From Amoebidium appalachense (taxonomy: Eukaryota; Protista; Ichthyosporea), in the NCBI GenBank assembly GCA_963693365.1, contig CAVNZM010000005.1, positions 124,001-188,000 on the forward strand: a DNA stretch of 64,000 bases, read 5' to 3'. Positions 37,626-56,739 of the stretch are shown piece after piece (position 1 is the stretch's first letter; each line of letters starts with the position of its first letter). The notes under the pieces are model-generated. The model was not told the DNA's origin. It saw nothing but the letters and a program-made list of their open reading frames with translations, and made no database searches. The position numbers and the translations under genes are program-made.

Positions 37626-38105
37626 ATGGCACTACCCACCTCCCTCCGGTTCACCTACTTCAATATCCGTGCAAGGGGAGAGGCCACCCGCCTCGCGCTG
37701 TATGTGGGGGGGCTGCCCTTTACTGACGAGAGGATCACAAGAGACCAGTTCAATGTTCTCAAGCAAACCCCGGCCTTGCCTTTTGGCCAGGTGCCTGTTC
37801 TCACGGTCGACGGAAAGGTGCAAAACCCCACAGCCCCCTGCTCCTTCCTCATTCTTTCTACACATTCCCCTCAGCCTTCTTACATCAAGCACAATCCTCT
37901 GCCCTAGCCCCCAGACGTCCTTGCCTCTGCCCCCCTGTCTGGTTCCCTCCTATATGGCATGCAGGCACACGCACTTACACTCAACTAAACAATGTCTAGA
38001 ACCGACGTTTTATTCGGGTGTTAAGGATATCTTTGCTGTGCAATGCATTCTTTTATTTCTCTTCTGACTCCATACACCTCCTCCCCCCTGCCCTACTTAA
38101 CCACC

Positions 38106-38141
<36 letters not shown>

Positions 38142-38457
38142 CCCCTCCGACTCCGACTATGACGTAAGTTCGAACTCGACGGGTTGCATGTTTGGGCCAA
38201 TCCTCCCCCCCCCCCCCCTCCCCCCTCCCTTCCTCCCCAACCTCCCCTCCCCCCCCCCCCACACACACAAATACTCCCCCCTACCCCCCCCCCCCCCAAA
38301 AAAAAGAAACCCCCTCCCCTCCTCCCCCCCCCCCCCCCCTCACCTACCCTCCCTACCCCTTCAACTCCATTTTTCGACCCCGCACAGCGCATGCTGCCCG
38401 TTCCCATTCCTATCCCTTCCCTGTGACCACCGCCTTCCGACCATCTTATTCCTCCCT

Positions 38458-38493
<36 letters not shown>

Positions 38494-38836
38494 AGGTTCT
38501 GTCGCAGAGCAAAGCCATCCTGCGCTACTGTGGCCGTCTGACCAACCTCTACCCCTCTGACGCCTGGGAGGCAGCCAAGGTCGACGAGATAATTGATATG
38601 ACCGACGACATAATGGAACCTGTCAGCGCCACGTTCAGACTCAAGGAGCAGGAGGAGAAGAAGAGGGTGAGGGTCAAGCTGCTGGAGACAAAGTGGCCAC
38701 CAATGTTTGCGGCTGCAGAGAGGTTGCTGAGGGAGAATGAAACAGGGTACTATGTGGGCAAGAAGGTGCGCGCGTGTTTGGGTGTCTTGGGGTCGGTGGG
38801 TGTTTTTGGATGCATGTGAGTGTATGGTGTGTGTGT

Positions 38837-38882
<46 letters not shown>

Positions 38883-39106
38883 TATGGGGGGAGGGGGGGG
38901 GGGGTATGCGTGTGGTATGGTGTGTGCGTGTGTGCATGTGTGTGTGGTAGGGGGGGGGGTGGGTATGCGTGTGGCGTGCGTGTGTGTGTGTGTGTGTCTG
39001 TGTGTCTGTGTGTCTGTGTGTGTGTGTGTGTGTGCGCGCGTGCGTGTGCGCACGCGCGAGTGTGGTAAGGGGGGAGGGGGGGGAGGGGGGTATGCGTGTG
39101 TGGTAT

Positions 39107-39177
<71 letters not shown>

Positions 39178-39194
39178 TATGTGTGTGGTGTGTG

Positions 39195-39255
<61 letters not shown>

Positions 39256-40042
39256 CATGAGAGAAAAGCTCGGGTACACACCGTGCTGGTGTGTCTGTGC
39301 ATCTGCGAGTGTGTTAATTAAGTGCATGGGAGAGGAAAGGGAAGGAGAGGGGATTTGAGGAGAGGTGGGCTGAGAGAGAGGAGGAGAGGGGGAAGGGAGG
39401 GTGGGGGGAAGGGGGAAAGGGGGGGGGGGGGGGGGGGGGAGGTAGGCAGAGGACATAAATTTGAGGCATAGGAGAGTTTTGGTCTTGTTTTTTTCCCCCG
39501 GGAGGGGGGGGGGCGTTGGTGAACGAATATGGTAGCTGGATGGCACTACTGATTGGGTCTGTTGTCACGTGATACAGATGACCATAGCCGACCTCCAGGC
39601 CTACGTCTCCTTCACCTGGTTGAGTTCAGGTAAACAACCCTCCCCCCCCCCCCCCCCCCCCCCCCGGGTGCCCCCACGCGCGCTGCTAACAACAGAATGA
39701 ATAGAAGCAACCAATAAGTCAAACAGAAACAGCCAGCCTACCACAAATGTATTCTAACATTATATTGCGCCTGGTTGTTGCCCAAATTTCAAGTGGGAGG
39801 TCGAATAGGGTCATATACGGATTTCACACAACCTTTAGTCTCAACTCGTACCTCTCCCCCCCCCCCCCCCTCCTCCCCCTGCCCCCGTGTTTCCACCTTC
39901 CCCCGCAGAAGCACACACTGCCACTCAACCACCCTCATGTCCACAACACAATATTGTTAGTATAAAGAAAGGAATAAAAGGCTTGGTTGGGCACGGAGGG
40001 TAGGTGTGGTTCAGACGAAGGGTCTTGCACCGTGTAACGTGG

Positions 40043-40099
<57 letters not shown>

Positions 40100-40251
40100 G
40101 TGATATTTAGTGATCGTGGTGTGTACGTGCAGGGGTGATCGACCACATCCCCAAGACACTCTTCGATGCCTATCCCCACATCAGCGCAAACATCAAGCGG
40201 GTGGATGAACATCCGAAGGTCACCGAATGGAACGCGGCACATAAAAAGTAA
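37626..40251 (+). CDS. Glutathione S-transferase, sigma-like, copy 2 (exons 37626-37817, 38496-38765, 39578-39629, 40133-40251)
   Basis: [39 protein letters not shown]; same intron positions as copy 1. Confidence 0.95.
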
Positions 40252-41141
40252 TGTGAATGGCTCATTGGCATACACTAATGTTAGTATACGTTAGCTTTAG
40301 TTTTCACAATTCTCTAACAGCGTCTTGTTTAAAGTTGTGCACCATGGGATCTGCACATAACCTGACGGCTGTGTGGTCTAACTAAACATATATGTATGAG
40401 TACTAGCAGAGGGTGAAGGGCAGGCATTACATAAATCAGTGTTGTGTGTTGGTGCACGTGTTGTGAATGCACATGTGTGGCCGGGCACTGTGTCTTTAGG
40501 CCCACGCAGCACCAGCACAGACTCTAGTGGGGGCATGCTGGTGAGGGGGGGCTGACAGCAGCCCCACCTACATGCAGGCGTGTGTGCACATCAGCTTTGA
40601 GGTGTATGTGTGTGTGTGTGTTGGGGGGGAGCCCGGGGGGAGGGGAAGGGGGGGGGGGGGGGGGGGGGGGGAGGATAAGGACCCAAATAACTTATATCGA
40701 CCTTATTTTAAATGGAATTACCATGGTGAGCTGATCATATCACGTGTACAAACAACACCGACCTCCACTGTGTACCTGATGTAACACTGAGGGGAAAGAC
40801 CATGCAACCCCCTGTACCCGAGTCCGCTTATCTGTACCTCGAATAAACATTGTAAACACCATGCCATGTAGTGCTGTATGGGACATCATCAAAGGTCCAA
40901 ACCTAGGATGACCATATATAGCGTAGATCTAGCATATGCATGCATCAACCGTGCACGTGCAACGTACTACTGTCAATGGTTGCTAGCGCCTGTGCTGACA
41001 CGTGGACATGGCCGACCACATGCATGCACATGTTCAGCAAGCGCAAGGTGCTGCGGCCCCTTACATATCCTACGGGTGCACTGAGCCCAGACACGCGGCT
41101 GCCATGCCACACAGCCAGTGGCATGCGCACATGCAGACACG

Positions 41142-41265
41142 AACGGTGACCCACACACACACATACACATGTCAGCATGCAGTACGGTGACCCACACACA
41201 CACATGCACATGTCAGCATGCAGTACGGTGACCCACACACACACAGACACATGTCAGCATGCAGT
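41142..41265. repeat. ~41-bp tandem repeat, 3 copies
   Basis: acggtgaccca(ca)n...catgtcagcatgcagt repeated three times. Confidence 0.85.
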
Positions 41266-41771
41266 CAGAGGGTGTGCACATGCTGGGGTCGACCTGCACA
41301 CCCATTTTGCTTCATCAGGTGCATCAGACGGTGGAGCATGCATGTACGTGGCTTATAGGTGCCAATTGTGGCATCCAGTGGCATGCTATGTTGCATGGGC
41401 CAAGCATGGGCCATGCGTGTTGTGTATCTACTCATGGTTGCACCATTGAATGTTTAGGTATAGACCGAATAGACTCCCGGCGTGCCTGCTCAAAACAGAA
41501 AACACATGCATCAAGTCCAGCATGTATGGATATCATTGTGTACATCGTCAAAATACAGCAAACATTTTCCTCAATGGATATTCATCTTAGGGCTAGTCAA
41601 AACCAAACAGGTATAGAATCGTGTTTTGGACACTCTTAACGCACTGTTACTATTGCCATTCCCTACCCACACTCTAAATAAATAAAGACATTGCCTAAAA
41701 CATTTACATCCATTGCACTAGCTAGCCAGTACACTTTCAAAAAAATTGGTGTGTGCCTCTGTGTTACTTGT

Positions 41772-41809
<38 letters not shown>

Positions 41810-42044
41810 TGTGTGTGTGTGTGTGTGATGTGTGTGTGTGTGGGCTGGGGGGAGGGGGGGGGGGGGGGGGGGGGGGGGTTGATTTAAGGGTTGGCTTTAA
41901 ATGTGTCGGGTGTTGCATTTTGTACCCTGAGGATTTAAACGTCCGTGATACTATGGAAATGTATGTGGGGCCAGGCTGACTGGGTGATTTTTACAGCTAT
42001 GCGATTTGAATAACAGCACCCTTTGTCACCGTCACAGCCATCAG

Positions 42045-42108
<64 letters not shown>

Positions 42109-42169
42109 AAAAAAAGAAAAAAAGGGAAAAAAGGGGAAAAGGGGCAAGAGATGGAGAAAAGCACAGCCC

Positions 42170-49106
<6,937 letters not shown>

Positions 49107-49679
49107 CTTCGGTTGTTGCTATATCTAAGTGGCACTCGTGAATATGTCTATGAATTTTTTCGGCTATTGCTGTAACCGTATATCGACCGGCATGATGTAA
49201 CAGTGTGTGGATATTAGCAGGTGCTGGTGTATTGTTGCTTTGAACTATTAACGCCCTATGCTACTTCTTGCCTCGGTCCTAGCTCTCCAGCTCTCTTCAA
49301 CTCGTCGAGGCTCTCGGCAATGGCAAACATACAGGCATAAGTGCACTCTATTCGTCCCGCCCTCTCACCTTCTTTCTCTAACTCTTTCTGTCTGCATGAT
49401 CTCCCCATACTTCCTCCCTCCTTCCTTACCTCCCTTGCCCCCCCGTCCCCGCCCCTCTCTCCCTCTCCCTCTCCCTGGAGCTCTTTCCCCCTCCCTCCCT
49501 CTCCCTCTCCCTCTTCCTCTTTCCCTCTCTCCCTCGCTCCTTCTCCCTCTATCTCACTCTGCCTCTCCCCCACTCCCCCGCTCCCCCTCTCTCTCTCGGC
49601 CTCTCTCCCTCTTTCTCTTTCCCTTTCTCCTCTCTCTTCCCCTCTCCCTCTCTCTTCCTGCCTCACTCTCTCCCTCCCT

Positions 49680-49762
<83 letters not shown>

Positions 49763-49792
49763 GCTCTCTCTCGCTCCCTCCTTCTCTCTCTT

Positions 49793-49823
<31 letters not shown>

Positions 49824-49929
49824 ATGTGCGTGTGTGTGTGCGTGTGTGCGTGTGTGTGTGTGTGTGTGTTTGTGTTGTGCGTGTGTGTATGTGCGTGTGT
49901 GTGTTGTGTGTATATAAGTATAAGTATAA

Positions 49930-49996
<67 letters not shown>

Positions 49997-50254
49997 TGTA
50001 TCTATCCTATTCTGTATATCTCCTCCTCTATTTCTATTTCTCTATAGCTAATATTTCATTTCAACTACTCGCCGGTCCAATAATCTAGCTAAGCGCTTGC
50101 AAGTTGTCACGAGTTCTCGGTCTGCACTGGAGCCGGCAACTCAGCCTCGAGCCTCTGCTGTGTTGACGCTGATCTTGCTGGAATGCTGTTACACTCCAAA
50201 TTTATGTCTCAGCAATCAAATACCTTCGCGAATATCCATAATAGGGTAGATAAT

Positions 50255-50740
50255 AAGGTTTGCGCGGGAAACCGAGTGTGAAATGATTGGCTGTTTCGAG
50301 GCTCATCTCCGCTCAACTGTAACATGGGCTGTTACACGGCCTGCCCTCAAACCTTCACTGAGACTGCGACAATATGTAAACCTACACTTATTACATCCTT
50401 TTTAAACCATCATAATCCGGACAATGGGCAATTGTTCAGCAAATATTATATCTATAGATCATATGATATTTTTTTGATTACTTTACGGTTGTACACTGAG
50501 CCTCGATTCGCTCGAAACGACCGCTATAGGAATTATTGAAAACTCCTGTTCAATGATTGGATGTCGACAGCCAATCAACAAATTTAAAAATAAACACCAT
50601 ATGGGGAAAACAGCCTTTTCCTATAGCCAATCAGAGGGGAGTCTCGAACTTTTACAACCAATTATGCGGAATACTTTGACAAACACAGCCGCACGATATC
50701 TCCCTAGCTTTAAAATGTTTTGCAAATTCCGGAAGTAAAG
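50255..50740. promoter_or_regulatory. Divergent promoter region between the kinase (-) and SAM gene (+)
   Basis: GCGGGAAA (reverse TTTCCCGC, E2F consensus) at 50264-50271; CCAAT/ATTGG at ~50286, ~50556, ~50571, ~50627, ~50658; AT-rich and free of microsatellites. Confidence 0.5.
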
Positions 50741-51809
50741 GGGGGCTCAGGGGTTCACGGTGGATACAGACAAGGGGTTATCTTCCTAAGTTCTGGAACT
50801 TTCAACTAATCAAAAGGCATTTCTGAGCGTTATAGAGAATTCACAAAGCAATTTGCTATAAAGCAGAACACTGTATAGGGCATGCAGGTCGTTGCTCCTC
50901 TGCATTGAAATTTCGGCTGTCGAGTCCGACTCCGTCTGTAAGCATTTGAGATTTGAAATATGCACATATTTTCCAAGAGTAGGGGTTCATTTCATATAGA
51001 GTATGATCAGCCAAAAACTTCTGAATCAAAGAATTGGACGTAAATAAACCAAAAACTAGGGGCTGAGAACTCCCAGGTGTTTGAAAAAATCACAGATAAC
51101 TACATTAGTAAATACGCCACACGCTTTAAGTACTTGATCAATTGCCTCGAGATAAATTGATTGTCCCCAGCACGGTCATCTGAGGGGATGACACTTCTAA
51201 GTCATAACGCCACTGGATTGGTCGGACGTCGACTTCGAATATTTGGATGAATATTAATTTACCCCGTATATGTTGAGGGGCTATAAATAGAGGTAAGAAG
51301 GGAGTTAATTAAGTAACTATCCTGAATAACATGGTACGATTTAATACCTTACAAAATAGTATTTTCATACATCTGTAACCATTTTTGTGTAGTATATGCC
51401 TATTTTTAGGACTCAAGGAAGCCGTCCGCCAGCCATAGGTTTGCGTTTTGCATAGCATTATGCCGATGTTTACGATACAAGAGTCGCATTCTATTGGCAA
51501 TCACTCCTTTCCAGCAACGCCCTGTTAACAATCCAATTATACGTGAGTAATCGCATTTAAAAAGGTATAGCTTTGTTTTAAACACCATTTCAGCCAGATG
51601 TTAAATAAAGATCATGAGCGTACACAACCGCTTTTGACGGGAATAATCAGAACCCTGTGCTTTATAAAGCCTCGCGGCTCCAAATGATTGTGTTTTTGAG
51701 AACGGGGGAAAGTTTTTCTACGTTTGTTTCGTGTATTTAGTGTTGGTTACCCTTGCCTTTGCAGGGACGCTGTTCTATGTCGCTCTGTTCGAGTCCCTAA
51801 GCAGCCAGC

Positions 51810-52697
51810 ATGCAGGCATCGGACCTCAACCCTCACGCTAAGCCCTTTGACTTTCTCCCCACGCCCCCCGACTCTCCCGAACACTCCAAACATGAACGTA
51901 CCGGGTCCACGCTGAAGTGCGGCCAGGAGGGCAGTGAGACCCTAGCTCCAGCACCCACGTCTCGGCGCATGTCAAAGAAAGATGCAGCGGCGGCGGCGCG
52001 GCGCAGGCGGCACTCTGTGGACGCGCTGGACTTTACGGGGCTGCGGCTTGTGGACGTGGCCACGTTCCTGCGGCACATACGGCTGCACAAGTACACAGAT
52101 CTGTTCCAGGGGTCGGGCATAAACTTTGCCCAGCTGCTGGCTATGGGCGACGCTGAGCTGGACGCCTTGGGCGTGCACGCGCAAGGCGCACGCACGCGGC
52201 TGCTGAAGGCGCTGGGGCGCTACAACGACTACCTAGCGCTTAACTGGGAGGACCGCCCGGCAGCGGATGCGCTCGAGGCCATCATACCAATGCGTGGGGA
52301 CATACGGCCACGGGGCAGGAGTCGTCGCAACAGCGCACCGTCCATGTTCTCGTGGCCACCTCTGGCCGTGGTGGAGGACGAGGAGAGGCAGGGCGGGCTC
52401 AGTGCCATCAGTGAGGCGGGGCTGCACGACGGGGAGGGGGACGACGGGCTGGAGCTGTGTGGGGCCGTGGCCAGTGCGGCCGAGCAGTTGCTGTCCATCC
52501 TCGACGACGACACCAGTGACGGCAGTGAGGCGTCCCCACGCATCCCCCTGCAGTACACAGACACGTACAGGCGCGCACGTGCTGTGTCGGCACCAGAGCC
52601 TCCGCCAGTGCTGTTCAAGGGGTTTGACATCTGGGCCTCCACCGCACACACACAGGCCTGGGGTGGTGCCTTTGAATCCTCGGTTCGTGCACTGTAA
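51810..52697 (+). CDS. Smaug/Vts1-type RNA-binding SAM-domain protein with N-terminal PAM2 motif, intronless CDS
   Basis: DVATFLRHIRLHKYTDLF...LDALGVHAQGARTRLLKA matches the Smaug/Vts1 SAM signature (LRLHKY, GARxK/R); SDLNPHAKPF matches PAM2; GC3-rich codon usage. Confidence 0.88.
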   Translation: MQASDLNPHAKPFDFLPTPPDSPEHSKHERTGSTLKCGQEGSETLAPAPTSRRMSKKDAAAAARRRRHSVDALDFTGLRLVDVATFLRHIRLHKYTDLFQGSGINFAQLLAMGDAELDALGVHAQGARTRLLKALGRYNDYLALNWEDRPAADALEAIIPMRGDIRPRGRSRRNSAPSMFSWPPLAVVEDEERQGGLSAISEAGLHDGEGDDGLELCGAVASAAEQLLSILDDDTSDGSEASPRIPLQYTDTYRRARAVSAPEPPPVLFKGFDIWASTAHTQAWGGAFESSVRAL

Positions 52698-55097
52698 TTA
52701 GAGTTGTATGACTGGAGGGGCTGCACCCTCTGTTTTTTTCTGATGGTTAGAGTTATGCGTGAAGAGTCACCCTCTGTGAGTGTGTGAGCTGATATGAAAG
52801 TGAGGGGACCAATAGGCTGCGTTGTACGCTGCTGCGTGGTGCCGGCCACCACGTGTTGTCTCTGCAAATATACGAAGGGGCTTGTGCCCTGTGAGCAACA
52901 GCTGTTGTGACTGTCCCACAGGGAAAATGTACGTATGTGTGTCTATGTAATACACTGTTGTGTGCCGTCATAACAAGCTGCACGGCACGTGCGCACGTCT
53001 GTCCTGTTAATAGGACCATGCAAACAGTCTTCGTTGGACATTGCTAATTGGGCTACCGAAGAAGCCTTGTTGCGGTGGCCGTGAACACCTTAACTAGGGA
53101 CTTTGGGATAACACCAGGGATTGAGGTAGCACGCTATCTAAGTGGACATGACTAAAAACCTTGTGGCAGTTCTAATGGGTAGGACCTGGAGTAGCCCAAG
53201 GAGTAAATCTGCAGCAGTACAGGCACTTACTACATGTATAGGGGTTGAAAGTTGTTTCTGCTTCCTTTTTTTGTGGACACGGAAAGTTATGGTGCAGCGA
53301 GTTATGTGTGCCCTTCTTATGTGAATATAATCGAGTACTGGTACTGTACAAGTTTGGTCACAAAAGCACGATGCATGACACAAAATGTGTAGCTGAAGGG
53401 TCCACCCTTTACTGTGGCAGGCTATGTGTTAGTGCTCGCACGCTGTATCCGTTCAACTTGAAACCTTGTTTGACCCCCACCCTTACCCTACCACCCCTAG
53501 GCCTCTTGCTTTTCTGCACACACACATTTTTGTTCTTCATTCATACCGCTGGGTGTAGCGCGTATATATATTGACACGAAATTTGTTGTACAGTCACATT
53601 CTAATATAACCACCCACCATTGCCTAGTTCAGACCTCTGGATACTGGCACGCCAATAATACACCCTCGACACCGCGACATACACAACACACACTAGAAAG
53701 GAGGATATGCGCTGGAAAAAAATAAACACAGCCCTGCTTGCCGTGAGAGGGGGTGTTGCACTGTGTTCGCCCTCGTTGCCCTCACTGTGGGGGGCTATGT
53801 ATGACCTGAGGGAGTGTGGCTGCCTTATTTGCCTGTGAAGCGACAGCTTGTCGATGGCAGGGGAGGGCGGGGCAGACATGTTCTGACGCACAACGAGGGA
53901 GCGGAGGGAGGGAGAGAAGACGGCAGGGATGACGCGGAGGTCATCGGTGCTGCATATGCACGCGCTGCGAGAGAGGTGGCGGTGGCGGCTTGACAGTTGC
54001 CGTGTCCTCCATTTCCAATGTTTGGTGTCAAGTAGCGGGCACACAGAGGTATGGAGGTGGACCAGTGCTTAGTGTGGGCGAGAGTAGGCCAGCCACATCT
54101 GTTGAGAATGAAAGCGTTGATACAGTCACAGTGTGGTGCTTAAACAACTTGACGCAAGATGACTATAGCATGGGTGTGGTGTAGGAGGCACCCAGAGGTG
54201 TTCGAGATAGTGCAACCAAGGAACGAAACATGAGGGATATTGTAGCACACTAATGTTAGCCCCAATACATGGCTGCACATGTAAAAAAACACTACGTTAT
54301 TCACATGACCAGCTTATTCCGTATGCAGACCGTTTGTACTCTTGTAATATATTCCTTGTTCCTTCTTAGAGTATCCCCTCTCTGTTTCTAGATCTTCGGT
54401 CTCTGCATGGGGCGGGAGCTGTCACCTACTGAGGTGACTCGTATTTTTCCTTACACACACAGCGAACACTGGACTCTCGGGACCGTAGAGCCGCCGCGAG
54501 GGAAAGCATGCACGCGGTTGCGAGAGTGTAAGGAAAAAAATGGGTGTGAGGCGAAAGGCAAGTTCATAGCAGCCCAGGCACCGTCAGTACGTGCCAGAGG
54601 CGGGAGAGCTGAGGTGAAGCTGTCAGGCAGCCCAGGCTGGCAAAGTGGCTCAGTGATGTATCGATGAAGTATCAGTACACATGCGGCCACATACCCACCG
54701 AATTCTCATGTGAAGGTGTCGACATGTCATAGATACATGTGTACTTATACCTAATAGTCCAGATCTTGTGGTCGCACGATACATCTACGTTTTTTGAAAA
54801 AATTTTTAGTGTGCACGGCTGTACGGAGTATATTATAGTGACCGGTTGGTGCTCATGATCACAAAGGTTAGTCACGGGTGGCGCGGGTCCCTCCTCCCCC
54901 CCCCCCCCCCCCCCCCCCCCTCCCCCCTCCCCCCTCTCCCCTCCCTCCCCACGGCCCCCCACGTGTACGGCTACCCCCCCCCTCCCCTCCCCCCCCCTCG
55001 GCGCCGCCCCCTTTTTTTTTTTTTTTTTTGTTGTTATTGTTGTTGTTTGCAATTGTTGGTGGTGGTGGTGGTGGTAGTGGATTGGGTGTGTGTGTCT

Positions 55098-55136
<39 letters not shown>

Positions 55137-56739
55137 CTCTGCTGTTAAATTTGCCAGGCGATGCATATGACGTGCCTGAAAGGCCCATGGCCGCACTCGC
55201 TACGCTCCCCTCCCCTCCCCCTCGAGCCTCCCCCTCCACTCCCCCCCCCCCCCCCCCCCCCCCTTTTTTTTTTTTTTTGTCGTCGTTGTTGTTGTTGTTG
55301 CTGCTGTTGCTGTTGGCGCATGTCTTTTATTATTATTGTTATTTTTTTATTTTTTTTTTGTTGTTGTTGTTGTTTGGGGGGGGGGGGGGGGGGGGGGGCT
55401 AATTTGTGGTTCTGAGTTTAGTGACTGGAAGGGGCCATGGCTGCACTCGGCCCTTTTTTGCCCGAGGGGGGAGAGGGGGGGAGCTCGAGGGGGGGGCCCC
55501 GGGGAGGGGGGGGGGGGAGGGGGCAGGGGGGAGGGGGACATTAGGGGGAGTGTTGCCTGTAGAAGGGGGGAGAATATTAATGGGGTTGGTGGAGTGGAGG
55601 AGCCTTCGGGGGGGGGAGGGGGGGGATGTGGAGGGGAGGGGAGGGGGGGGGGGGGGGGGGGGGAGGGGGGGGGGGGGGGGAGGGGGCAGGAGAGCAGCTG
55701 GCAATCTATCACAGAGACATTTACGTTACTGGAGCAGTCACGCAATGTAATGATGGCCGGCGCTATCTGTGTGCATGGCCCACATAGCCACATAATCATC
55801 TATGCCCACATGCTGAGGTCCTGGCACCTCTGCACACGAATGGCTTCATTTTCCTCCTTGGTTGCATACTGATATTTTCCATAACACGGCTGAAAGGCCT
55901 TTGTAGTCCGATGTATATTGCCTCACACCATATAGCCCTCTAGGCTTGTCATTCATGCACATTTCGGTTGTTTGCTGTCATGGATCTATTGCTACATTGG
56001 TCTCAGCCTAAAAGTACAGTGCATAAGGGCACGAGTTTCTAAATGGCCCCTTTCCCTCCCCCCCCCTCCCCCCGCCCCCCCTCCCCCTCTTCCCCTCTCA
56101 CGCCCATGCGCACTAACCATCCACACACACTTACACCACAAATTGGTCTACACAAATGCACATGCTATCCCCTAACCACGTGGCACCCACGTGTACGCGC
56201 ATGTGCACCAGCCCCTCACCACACCGCACTCTTGCGGCCCCTTCTAGCACCATCCATCGGCTCGTGGGTGTCTGGCAAGTGCACGGATATGGTGTGCCTG
56301 GGGCCATTTGATTGGTCGGCCATGGATGCACGTGCAACCACAGACCGCCGCATGTTGTAGCACCGCAGAGGGCTGCGGGGAGGAAGGGGGAGGGGGGGGA
56401 GGTCAGTATATGGGTTGTGTACATGTGGTTGCGGCAGGTGCATGACCACGTGCTAAGGTGCCACCTATGGGTGGCCTGGTGCCGTGCATCCAAGGGCATA
56501 ACAGGCAGCACCTGGGTGCATGTAATATGCCCACCCTCCTTCCCTACTCCGTTTAACCCCTTCCCCCCCCCCCCCCCCCCTCTCCCCTCCCACTCTCCGC
56601 CCGTGCCTCTACCACTCATGATTCTGCACCTTCCTAAATGGGCTTTGCAATAGTGCACCATGACTGGTCTTGCCTATATAAGGCAATGTCCTTATTTAGG
56701 CTACTGTGGTTTGTAATCGACACATGCAAACATTGTTGT

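Noticed and set aside
52698-53700. Smaug recognition elements in the SAM gene's own 3'UTR
   Set aside because: CTGG occurrences lack convincing flanking stems by eye.
54870-55700. GC-rich MITE suggested by the duplicated gaa-gg-ccatgg-gcactcg motif and C/G tracts
   Set aside because: No definable TIRs or TSD; looks like a local degenerate duplication.
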